This document shows, one piece after another, positions 17,804 to 26,258 of a stretch of 64,000 nt of DNA. Positions within the stretch are counted from its first letter, which is position 1, and every line of letters starts with the position of its first letter. This DNA is from Saprospirales bacterium GYS_P2D (GTDB lineage: Bacteria > Bacteroidota > Bacteroidia > Chitinophagales > Saprospiraceae), in NCBI GenBank assembly GCA_009833045.1, contig WUUP01000001.1, forward strand, positions 49,440-113,439. The letters are read 5' to 3'. The position numbers and the translations under genes were made by a program. The notes below the pieces were generated by a model. That model was not told the DNA's origin. It did not search any database and saw nothing but the letters and a program-made list of their open reading frames with translations.

Positions 17804-20305
17804 ATGACTGCTCGTCTATCTCTATTTGTGATTGCCGCACTCGCTCTACTATACGCTTGCGAGTCAGATTTGCCGAAAGGCAAAGAAATAAGCCCACTAT
17901 CGGCTGAAGTATCCTGGAGTCTCGATAGCATTTCTCTATCAGCTGGACAAAGCTACACGAGCTGGACTATCACAAATAATGGACCTACTCCATGGTCCCC
18001 AGGATGGTCTCTCCATTACAATCAGATAGCCGGAGCTCCGACGAGTACTTCTAACACTGATATAGAGGCTATCAGCATCAGTGGAGAATATCTCAAGCAC
18101 CAATATACAGGTACTGATACTATCCAGCCTGGAGAGTCCGTATCCTATAGCATGGTGCAGAGCGGCATCGTCAAGCGAATGTCTGAGACGCCGAGAGGAC
18201 TATTCTTAGTCCATGGCACAGACGTCATAGACATAGATCAGGTGTATAAGGAGGGAGTAAATCATGAAACACTCGCAGCTCTCGGCCCTATCACACCGAG
18301 CGACAGGTACGAGATCAATAGCAAAATCAAGACATCGAGCGAAGTACTACCTATTATCCCAGCTCCTGTGGCTTTGACACTCCAAGATGGCAGCTTTTCG
18401 GTAGACGAGACCTTCTCTATTTCATTTGGAGATGGTCTGTCGGACGAAGAATCTTGGCTAATGCAAGAAATCAAAAAATACTACAGTGGCTCCATAACAT
18501 CTACTGGTAACACTGATCTTAGTATCACTATAGACTCTAATATCAATGGTGCAGAAGCATATGAACTCACAGTGTCTGAGGATGGGATCGAAATAATAGC
18601 ATCTGATCCTGCAGGAGCATTCTATGGTCTCCAGAGCTTCATACAGCTCATAGACCCTACTCAGCTCAATGCTCCTCGAGCCTCTATAGACATCCCATAT
18701 GTTGAGATAAAAGATGCTCCGAGATTTCCCTATCGAGGATTCATGCTCGATGTCGCACGTAATTATCATCGTAAAGAAAAAGTACTCGAAGTACTTGACT
18801 GGATGAGCATGTATAAGCTGAATAAATTTCACTTTCATCTGATGGATGATGAAGGCTGGCGACTCGAGATACCTGACCTGCCAGAGCTCACAGAGATCGG
18901 CTCCGTACGTGGCTACACACCTGACGAATCTGATCGTCTGCGTCCCGCCTATGGATCAGGAGGCGTCGCAGAGGACTCCTATAGCACAGGCTACTACAGC
19001 GTATCTGACTATCAGGAGATCCTACAGTATGCAGCCGATAGACATATCGAGGTCATCCCAGAGATCGATCTACCCGGCCATGCACGAGCGGCTATCATAT
19101 CGATGAGAGCTCGATATCATAGACTGATGAATGAGGGGGATGAGGCTGCAGCCAAAGAGTATCTACTTCATGATCCTGCTGACACCTCTGTATATCGCTC
19201 CGCCCAAAACTATAATGACAATGTCATCAATCTCTGTCAATCAGGAGCCTATAATTTCATCGAGAAGGTGCTCGAAGAAGTAATCAAAATGCACAAAGAG
19301 GCAGGCGTCCCGCTCCAGATCCTACATACAGGAGGTGACGAGGTCCCATATGGCGCCTGGCAGGGCTCACCTATGTGCCAGACCTTTATCTCTGATATGG
19401 AAAATCTGACTGGCACCGAAGACCTCCATCCTAATATGCTCTATTTTATCAGGAGCATACTCAATAAACATGGAGTGACTACCGCTGGATGGGAGGAGAT
19501 CGTACTCGAGCATGGCGAAGATGCACACAATGGTACTGCCATCAATGAAGACTTAGTAGGTCAACCCATGCTACCCTATGTCTGGAATGCCGTGTGGGGA
19601 TGGGGTCGAGAAGACATGCTCTACAAGCTGGCGAATACCGGATTTGATGTTATTTTATGCAATTCCTCACAGTTCTACTTTGACCTCGCCTACGATAGTG
19701 ATCCCAGAGAAAATGGTCTCAGCTGGTCAGGATTGGTCAATACGAAGAGTGCCTTTGACTTGGAGCCGTTTGATATATTCAGAGGTGTGACTACAGATAT
19801 CGGTGGCAATGCTCTCCCGCCTGATTATGTCCAATCCAAAGAAGCCCTACAGCCATCCGCCCAAGAACGAATACTGGGCGTACAGGCTCAGCTCTGGAGC
19901 GAGACCATCATTGAGGCTGATTTAGTCGACTATATGCTCCTACCTAAACTATTTGGTATCGCTGAGAGAGCCTGGTCTCCGTCGCTCTCAGCATCTGAAT
20001 ACGATGATAGATATGGCGCATTCGTACATACCATCGGTCAGCGAGAGCTCATCAGACTGGATCGGTATAGAGAGGGAGGAGCTCACTATCGCATACCGCC
20101 TCCAGGGCTTTCGCTGCAGGACGGGCGAGTATCCATGAATACCACCTATCCAGGTCTCGACATACGCTACACCATCGATGGAACAGCCCCAGATGGTGAT
20201 TCTCCTTTGTATACGGCACCTTTTGAGATAGATAGTGGCCAGCGGGTTACAGCCGCTGCTTTCAATAGTCTTGGTAGAAGTAGTAATACGTCAAGTATAG
20301 AATAA
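17804..20305 (+). CDS. beta-N-acetylhexosaminidase, glycoside hydrolase family 20, with C-terminal accessory domain
   Basis: 833 aa; lipoprotein signal (LLYAC); GH20 signatures FHFHLMDDEGWR, IDLPGHARAA, HTGGDEVP. Confidence 0.85.
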   Translation: MTARLSLFVIAALALLYACESDLPKGKEISPLSAEVSWSLDSISLSAGQSYTSWTITNNGPTPWSPGWSLHYNQIAGAPTSTSNTDIEAISISGEYLKHQYTGTDTIQPGESVSYSMVQSGIVKRMSETPRGLFLVHGTDVIDIDQVYKEGVNHETLAALGPITPSDRYEINSKIKTSSEVLPIIPAPVALTLQDGSFSVDETFSISFGDGLSDEESWLMQEIKKYYSGSITSTGNTDLSITIDSNINGAEAYELTVSEDGIEIIASDPAGAFYGLQSFIQLIDPTQLNAPRASIDIPYVEIKDAPRFPYRGFMLDVARNYHRKEKVLEVLDWMSMYKLNKFHFHLMDDEGWRLEIPDLPELTEIGSVRGYTPDESDRLRPAYGSGGVAEDSYSTGYYSVSDYQEILQYAADRHIEVIPEIDLPGHARAAIISMRARYHRLMNEGDEAAAKEYLLHDPADTSVYRSAQNYNDNVINLCQSGAYNFIEKVLEEVIKMHKEAGVPLQILHTGGDEVPYGAWQGSPMCQTFISDMENLTGTEDLHPNMLYFIRSILNKHGVTTAGWEEIVLEHGEDAHNGTAINEDLVGQPMLPYVWNAVWGWGREDMLYKLANTGFDVILCNSSQFYFDLAYDSDPRENGLSWSGLVNTKSAFDLEPFDIFRGVTTDIGGNALPPDYVQSKEALQPSAQERILGVQAQLWSETIIEADLVDYMLLPKLFGIAERAWSPSLSASEYDDRYGAFVHTIGQRELIRLDRYREGGAHYRIPPPGLSLQDGRVSMNTTYPGLDIRYTIDGTAPDGDSPLYTAPFEIDSGQRVTAAAFNSLGRSSNTSSIE

Positions 20306-20313
20306 AAATCCTC

Positions 20314-21084
20314 ATGGCACGTATCGTAGATCTCAGTAAGCCTATCCAATATAATCCAGGCGACCCTCGATTCATGAAGGTCAAGATCAAACATAAACCA
20401 CATAGAAAAGCTCGATTCATCTTGCGTCTATTTGGTCTTTCTAAAAAGCTCTTCCCAAATCAATGGGAGGGCTGGGCAGACGATTCGATCCAAAAAATGG
20501 GAGTGCACAGTACCACGCATATTGATGCCCCCTGGCACTACCATCCCACCTGCGAAGGAAAACCTGCAAAGACTATCGATGAAGTCCCTCTTGACTGGTG
20601 CTACGGAGATGGTATCGTCATAGATATGAGGCATAAGGAGGATTTCGACGCCATCACAGTATCGGACATACAGGACTATCTGAGTGAGCAAGAGCTGCAG
20701 CTCAGACCAGGCATGATCGTGCTCATCATGACAGGTAGAGATCAGCATATGGGGACTAAGCGATTTTTCACACATGGTACTGGCATGTCTGCTGCTGCCA
20801 CCTCATGGCTCATCGATCAGGGTATCAAGGTCATGGGTATCGATCAGTGGGGCTGGGATCTCCCACTACCGTATATGATCAAAAAAGCCAAAGAATCGGG
20901 AGACTCAGAATTCTTTTGGGAGGCTCATCTCGTAGGCCGGGACAAAGAGTACTGCCATATGGAGCAACTCACAAACTTATCAGCCCTACCCAAACAAGGA
21001 TTTAAGGTCTGCGTATTTCCACTGAAAATAGTAGGTGCTTCTGCCGCTCCGGCGAGAGTCGTAGCTATACTGGATGAGGATTAA
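20314..21084 (+). CDS. cyclase-family protein (kynurenine formamidase-like fold)
   Basis: 256 aa; HSTTHIDAPWHY matches the HxGTHxDxPxH cyclase motif. Confidence 0.65.
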   Translation: MARIVDLSKPIQYNPGDPRFMKVKIKHKPHRKARFILRLFGLSKKLFPNQWEGWADDSIQKMGVHSTTHIDAPWHYHPTCEGKPAKTIDEVPLDWCYGDGIVIDMRHKEDFDAITVSDIQDYLSEQELQLRPGMIVLIMTGRDQHMGTKRFFTHGTGMSAAATSWLIDQGIKVMGIDQWGWDLPLPYMIKKAKESGDSEFFWEAHLVGRDKEYCHMEQLTNLSALPKQGFKVCVFPLKIVGASAAPARVVAILDED

Positions 21085-21695
21085 CTCAGATTGATGCCTG
21101 AGAGTAGGCTATCTCCTTTGAGCGCATTAAAAAAAGCCCCTTTAAAATCTTCTTGCAATAGATCTATGATCTGAGCATCGGCAGATCGAGATCGCTCTCT
21201 GTCCAGTATCTGGAGATATTGTTTGTTGAGACGATGCCCGCCATCCGCTATGAAAAAACAAGTCCCGTCTGCATACATCTCTGCTATCACCTCGTCGTCC
21301 ATATCGATGATTTGATCAGTATGAGACATCACATAGCTACAGCTATCCGATATCACAAAACTCCCATGACTCAGGCCTATAAAAACAGGCATTTCATTCG
21401 TCACAAAATAGGCTTTGGCATTCATCTTATTATTGACGAGGAGCAGGCTATACCTGCCTTGGAGAAGGTCGACCACCGTGCGTATTGCTTCTTTGTATCG
21501 CTGACCAGTGGACTCTAGATACTTCATCATCTCTATCACGATCTTAGCAGGATTCTGAGAGCTGATATGTATACCATTGATCTCGAGTAGCTCGATGACA
21601 TCCTCCACACACTGCATGTCTCCTCTGAAATGGAGACTAAGCTCATAGTATCCAGCAGAAGATGTCCAGATGATGTGATGATTTAGGTTTTTCAT
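21081..21695 (-). CDS. class-II glutamine amidotransferase (Ntn-hydrolase)-like domain protein lacking N-terminal Cys
   Basis: 204 aa; PVFIGLSHGSFVISDSCSYV..DDEVIAEMYADG resembles the GlmS N-domain segment PLVIGLG.GENFIASD...EEGDIAEIT; starts MKN (no Cys2); stop codon immediately upstream of the ATG. Confidence 0.4.
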   Translation of the reverse strand: MKNLNHHIIWTSSAGYYELSLHFRGDMQCVEDVIELLEINGIHISSQNPAKIVIEMMKYLESTGQRYKEAIRTVVDLLQGRYSLLLVNNKMNAKAYFVTNEMPVFIGLSHGSFVISDSCSYVMSHTDQIIDMDDEVIAEMYADGTCFFIADGGHRLNKQYLQILDRERSRSADAQIIDLLQEDFKGAFFNALKGDSLLSGINLS

Positions 21696-21859
21696 ATCAG
21701 GTAGTTTTGCGGTCTACTTAGTAAGACCCCCTTTATCAGTATTTCCCCTAATATTCTTCGGCATTTTTAGGCTGTAGCCAAGGATTAATTTTCATACAAA
21801 ATAGGAATCAATCACATTAAATAAAATAGTATGTATTTTTGTCTGCTTATTAAGTAGTT

Positions 21860-22600
21860 ATGAAGATACTTCTTAGATTATCGATTTGTTTGACACTCCT
21901 CATCGCATGCAGTGATGACGAGCCTACAGAAGTATCTATGATCTCGTCTACTCCCTTTTATCCATTGACCACGGGTCATACTCTCACCTATCAAGTAGAT
22001 CAAGTAGTCATCTATGATGAGGGTCTGACTCGAGATAGCTCCAGCTACCTGCTACAGGAGATCGTAGCCGATAGCTATGTAGATAATGGGGGAGCTACTG
22101 TACACCTCATAGATCAATACCAAAAGTCCACTACGCAAGAAGAATGGGAATATCACCAGCGCATCAGCCTGAGCTTCAGAAATAATCAACTCATCCGAAC
22201 TGAAATGAATATTCCTATCATCATCATGGATCTCCCCATCAATGATGGTCAGATTTGGGACAATACTGCACTTTTTGACAGTAGCATAGAGCGAGAGATC
22301 AGTGGGGATATGATTACTTTTTACCAAGATTGGACCGGAGAGTATCTATCTACAGACGGTAGTGAGATGATCGGGGACCTATCTTTTGACAGTGTAGTTA
22401 GTATATCGACCGCAGATTTCGAAAATCGCCTTGCATTGCGGCGTGGTACCGAGAAGTATGCAAAAGATGTAGGACTCATCTATCAAGGACTGATGATATT
22501 GGATACGCAGTGTTTTGACGCATGTCAAAATGTACCCTGGGAAGAAAAAGCAGAGACAGGCCTAGTAATGACTAAACAGATCATAGCTTATGACAATTAA
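21860..22600 (+). CDS. lipoprotein, function unknown
   Basis: 246 aa; signal + lipobox (LLIACSDD). Confidence 0.4.
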   Translation: MKILLRLSICLTLLIACSDDEPTEVSMISSTPFYPLTTGHTLTYQVDQVVIYDEGLTRDSSSYLLQEIVADSYVDNGGATVHLIDQYQKSTTQEEWEYHQRISLSFRNNQLIRTEMNIPIIIMDLPINDGQIWDNTALFDSSIEREISGDMITFYQDWTGEYLSTDGSEMIGDLSFDSVVSISTADFENRLALRRGTEKYAKDVGLIYQGLMILDTQCFDACQNVPWEEKAETGLVMTKQIIAYDN

Positions 22601-23129
22601 GTACGAATCATTATATAAGAAAGAGTTTGTCCAGATCGGTACAATACGCAAAGCGCATGGCTACAAAGGCCATGCTAAAATCGGAGTAGATGATAGGTAC
22701 TTAGCTGATTTGACCGAACAAAAGTTCTTATTCATACACATCGATGGCTACTATGTACCCTTTAGGATTGAGGAATATCTGGATCAAAATGACCACATCA
22801 TCAAACTGAAAGGGATAGAAAGTTCAGAAGCACTCAAAAGATATCATCTCTATAATATTGCACTCCTCAAGGAAGATTTAAATCACGCCCAAGAAGCTAC
22901 CGAACAAGCAGAAGAAATAGATGCACTTTTAGGATTCTCCATTCAAGATGCCGAGTATGGATCTGTAGGTACCATAGAGCGCATAGAGGACTACCCACAG
23001 CAGAAAATAGCCATCGTCATGATCAATGGATCAGAAAAGATGATACCTCTGCATCCTTCTCTCATCGAAGCTATCGATACAACTGAGAAGGTAATATATA
23101 CTGCACTCCCAATCGGACTATTAGATTAA
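22590..23129 (+). CDS. rimM: 16S rRNA processing protein RimM
   Basis: 179 aa; N-terminal VQIGTIRKAHGYKGHAKI motif; PRC-barrel C-terminal half. Confidence 0.8.
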   Translation: MTIKYESLYKKEFVQIGTIRKAHGYKGHAKIGVDDRYLADLTEQKFLFIHIDGYYVPFRIEEYLDQNDHIIKLKGIESSEALKRYHLYNIALLKEDLNHAQEATEQAEEIDALLGFSIQDAEYGSVGTIERIEDYPQQKIAIVMINGSEKMIPLHPSLIEAIDTTEKVIYTALPIGLLD

Positions 23130-24404
23130 TGCTCCAGCGAGACAGCCTGTCAGCAGTGTCGCTATCGTACCACCTATCAATGACTTAAATCCTAACTCTG
23201 TCAAAGTCTGTCGACAACCAGGAGCTATCGAGCTGATCCCTCCGATCTGAATACCTATAGAGGCAAAATTGGCAAAGCCACAGAGTGCATAGGCTGCTAT
23301 GATGACTGATCTCTCTGAGAGTACCTGAGTCGCACTCATCTCACCTAAGGATGCATAAGCCACGAATTCATTAAGTATAGTCTTCTCGCCTAATAACTGA
23401 CCTACATAGAGTATCTCATCTGATCCGATACCTATCACCCAAGCCAAGGGGGCAAATAAATATCCTAAGAATAGCTGCATACTCAGCTTATCAAATTTGC
23501 CGCCAGTCATCCGCTCGATATCATCATTGATGCCAAGAGTACCTCCGAGCATATCCAGTAGATTATTGCCGAGATAGATGAATGCCATGAAGGCAAAAAG
23601 CATAGCTCCGACATTGACAGCTAATTTGACACCATCTGTAGTACCTCTGGCTAAAGCATCAAGTGAATTTGACCCGACTGCCGTACGAGGCACGTTGAGA
23701 TCTTGATCTACCGCTTCATCAGGAGCCCGAGGTACGAGCATCTTAGCGATGAGTAGCGCTGCAGGCGCCGAGATGAGTGATGCCACGAGCAGATGCATAC
23801 CAAACTCTTGCTTAGCAGCCATATCATCACCACCCAGAATAGCAATATAGGCACCGAATACACTACCTGCAATAGTCGCCATACCTCCTGTCATAATACT
23901 CATGATCTCTGAGCGACTCATCCGCTCGAGATATGGCTTGATCACCAGTGGTGCCTCTGTCTGACCTATGAAGACGTTAGCAGCGGCAGCGAGACTTTCA
24001 GCCCCACTGAGCCTCATCGTCTTATTCATCAACCAGGCAAATCCATATACTACCTTCTGTAGTATCCCATAGTAATAAGCTAAAGAGGTCAGCGCAGAAA
24101 AGAATACGATAATAGGCAAGGCCGTGAAAGCAAAACCAAAAGAACGAGTCTTAGCTAAGTCGCCAAAAAGGAAACCCGCCGACTCCTCAGATGCAGCAAT
24201 CACTACTAAGAAAATATTGACAATACTTTTAAAAAAGCCTGTGATCATGGGAATCTTAATCACCAAAAACGCCAAAATAATCTGAAAAGCTAAACCGCTC
24301 AATACCAATCTCCAACTGATCGCTTTCCTATTAGAGCTAAGGAGATAACATATCCCCAATAATATGCTCACTCCAATGGCTGATCTTAGTATGTTCTCTA
24401 TCAT
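23121..24404 (-). CDS. concentrative nucleoside transporter (NupC/CNT family)
   Basis: 427 aa polytopic membrane protein with NupC-like N- and C-terminal blocks; divergent from uridine kinase. Confidence 0.75.
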   Translation of the reverse strand: MIENILRSAIGVSILLGICYLLSSNRKAISWRLVLSGLAFQIILAFLVIKIPMITGFFKSIVNIFLVVIAASEESAGFLFGDLAKTRSFGFAFTALPIIVFFSALTSLAYYYGILQKVVYGFAWLMNKTMRLSGAESLAAAANVFIGQTEAPLVIKPYLERMSRSEIMSIMTGGMATIAGSVFGAYIAILGGDDMAAKQEFGMHLLVASLISAPAALLIAKMLVPRAPDEAVDQDLNVPRTAVGSNSLDALARGTTDGVKLAVNVGAMLFAFMAFIYLGNNLLDMLGGTLGINDDIERMTGGKFDKLSMQLFLGYLFAPLAWVIGIGSDEILYVGQLLGEKTILNEFVAYASLGEMSATQVLSERSVIIAAYALCGFANFASIGIQIGGISSIAPGCRQTLTELGFKSLIGGTIATLLTGCLAGALI

Positions 24405-24495
24405 GGCGAAAAAATAGATATTTTTCTCGAACTCAACGATAGTAATCCACTGAGATACCTTAGTCCTACTATCAGGGAGTCATTATATTCGCCCC

Positions 24496-25125
24496 ATGAA
24501 TTCTCGTATCATCGGTATCACAGGCCGCAGTGGCTCTGGCAAATCTACACTCGTCAAGTACCTACTCAAGTATTATGGCCCAGAGCATGTCACTCTACAT
24601 ACTATGGACAATTATTATCTGCCTCGGGATATGCAGATCAAGGATACAGAGGATTATCTCAATTTTGACTTACCGACTTCATTTTATAGAGATCGCTTTC
24701 ATCTGGATCTTGACTCGCTATCAGCTGGTCAGGTAGTCCGATTAGAAGAGTATCAGTTTAACAATAAGGACAATGCGAAAGTCCTGACCATCGATCCAGC
24801 TCCGATCATTTTGGTAGAAGGCTTATTTGTGTTTCATTATTCTCATGTGGCCGACCGGCTTGACCTAAAAGTGTTAGTCGATATCAGCTATGAGGAGGCT
24901 TTTAGACGGAGAATGATCCGAGATCAAAAAGAACGAAACTATACACCTGAAGAAATCGCCTATAGATATACCCATCATGTGGAGCCATCGTACCAAAAAT
25001 TCATACAGCCCTACGAAAAAACAGTCGATCTGCTCATCGACAATAGTGTAGATATGACTCAAGAGCTGGATGAGCTCCATCGCTATATCGATCAGCACCT
25101 CGCATTAAAAAAGGAGAACCAATAG
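24496..25125 (+). CDS. udk: uridine kinase
   Basis: 209 aa; P-loop [15 protein letters not shown]; PRK/uridine kinase family. Confidence 0.8.
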   Translation: MNSRIIGITGRSGSGKSTLVKYLLKYYGPEHVTLHTMDNYYLPRDMQIKDTEDYLNFDLPTSFYRDRFHLDLDSLSAGQVVRLEEYQFNNKDNAKVLTIDPAPIILVEGLFVFHYSHVADRLDLKVLVDISYEEAFRRRMIRDQKERNYTPEEIAYRYTHHVEPSYQKFIQPYEKTVDLLIDNSVDMTQELDELHRYIDQHLALKKENQ

Positions 25126-25140
25126 CTATTGATTCTCCTT
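25111..25140. terminator. hairpin between convergent udk and T9SS-cargo gene (bidirectional terminator candidate)
   Basis: AAGGAGAA-(14 nt incl. udk TAG)-TTCTCCTT; minus-strand reading is followed by TTTTT. Confidence 0.4.
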
Positions 25141-25170
25141 CATTATTCATCTGATCGATGAGATCTGATA

Positions 25171-26184
25171 CTATCTCATGGTATCATGATCTACTATGAT
25201 CATTTTCTTATGTACTTCTTGACCATTAGCGTCTGTGAGGACTACCCAGTAGACACCTTGGGTCAATTCATCCGTATCCATTTTGACCTTTCCCGACTCT
25301 CGAGAAACATTGATCGAGTGTTTCGGTATTTCGTCAAAACCTAACACTTTAATATTCCCTCCTTTTTGAGACGAAAATTCAAAATCTACGTACACATAGT
25401 TATTCTCGACTGCTGGATTAGGAAAAATGGCAAAACTCGGCTTGCCCTTCTTCACTACATCTGCTGCTTTCGCTATAGCGAAATAAGAATATATCGCTAA
25501 ATCTACTGGCTGATCCGAAGTGATAGATCCCTGACTAACTGTACTACGAGCACCACTATAGACAGGTACACTGATATCTGTATCGAGCATAGATATATCC
25601 ACAGTAGCTGGTATAGCCACCCATGACTCCCCGTCAAAGGCTGCAATCGTCAGTTCATCAAGTTCATCCACCATATCAGCCAGATGACTTTTGATTTCCC
25701 AGGTGAGCGTCACTTGCGCTTCACCTGAGCCCGACACACTCCAGTATTCAGTATCACTGAGACGTACGATCTCATTGAGATTCGCCTTAGCTGATATTTC
25801 ATTTGGATCACTGTATGTAAAATCTACTATCACATCCTTAGCCCCGAGAGTAGCCATAGGCCGATACTCTCCGTCATGACCTACAGGATAGACAAAATCT
25901 GTCTTAGTGATATTGCGGATCTTGCCATCTACATAGCCATATGATGTAGCACGACTCCATCTACTCTCACCTGCAAAAGCGAAGTAGCTATCTACTGTCG
26001 AGCGATCTGTATAGACTATGGAGTTCTGACCATTAAAGTCTGTGAAATCATGCTGCCCAAATACGCTCATTTTCCCCTTAGCAGGTAAAACTAACTCTGC
26101 GTGTGCACCAGAAGGTGCCTGAGCACAAAGCATACCTGATATCCCTAAGAGTCCAATAAGCAGCTTATCCTTTATTTTTTTCAT
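25171..26184 (-). CDS. secreted protein with T9SS C-terminal sorting domain
   Basis: 337 aa; signal peptide; C-terminal about 80 aa beta-sandwich CTD pattern (FAIFPNPAVENNYVYVDFEF...GVYWVVLTD..G). Confidence 0.6.
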   Translation of the reverse strand: MKKIKDKLLIGLLGISGMLCAQAPSGAHAELVLPAKGKMSVFGQHDFTDFNGQNSIVYTDRSTVDSYFAFAGESRWSRATSYGYVDGKIRNITKTDFVYPVGHDGEYRPMATLGAKDVIVDFTYSDPNEISAKANLNEIVRLSDTEYWSVSGSGEAQVTLTWEIKSHLADMVDELDELTIAAFDGESWVAIPATVDISMLDTDISVPVYSGARSTVSQGSITSDQPVDLAIYSYFAIAKAADVVKKGKPSFAIFPNPAVENNYVYVDFEFSSQKGGNIKVLGFDEIPKHSINVSRESGKVKMDTDELTQGVYWVVLTDANGQEVHKKMIIVDHDTMR

Positions 26185-26214
26185 TCATTTCTATTTTTAG
26201 AACTAAGAAATGGT

Positions 26215-26241
26215 AGAGAAGGAGCTGTTTACTCCCTCTCT
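26215..26241 (-). terminator. 10-bp hairpin immediately downstream of the collagen-like gene
   Basis: minus strand AGAGAGGGAG-TAAACAG-CTCCTTCTCT (one G-U), followed by moderately T-rich sequence. Confidence 0.3.
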
Positions 26242-26258
26242 TTCATTCTTATGATTTA

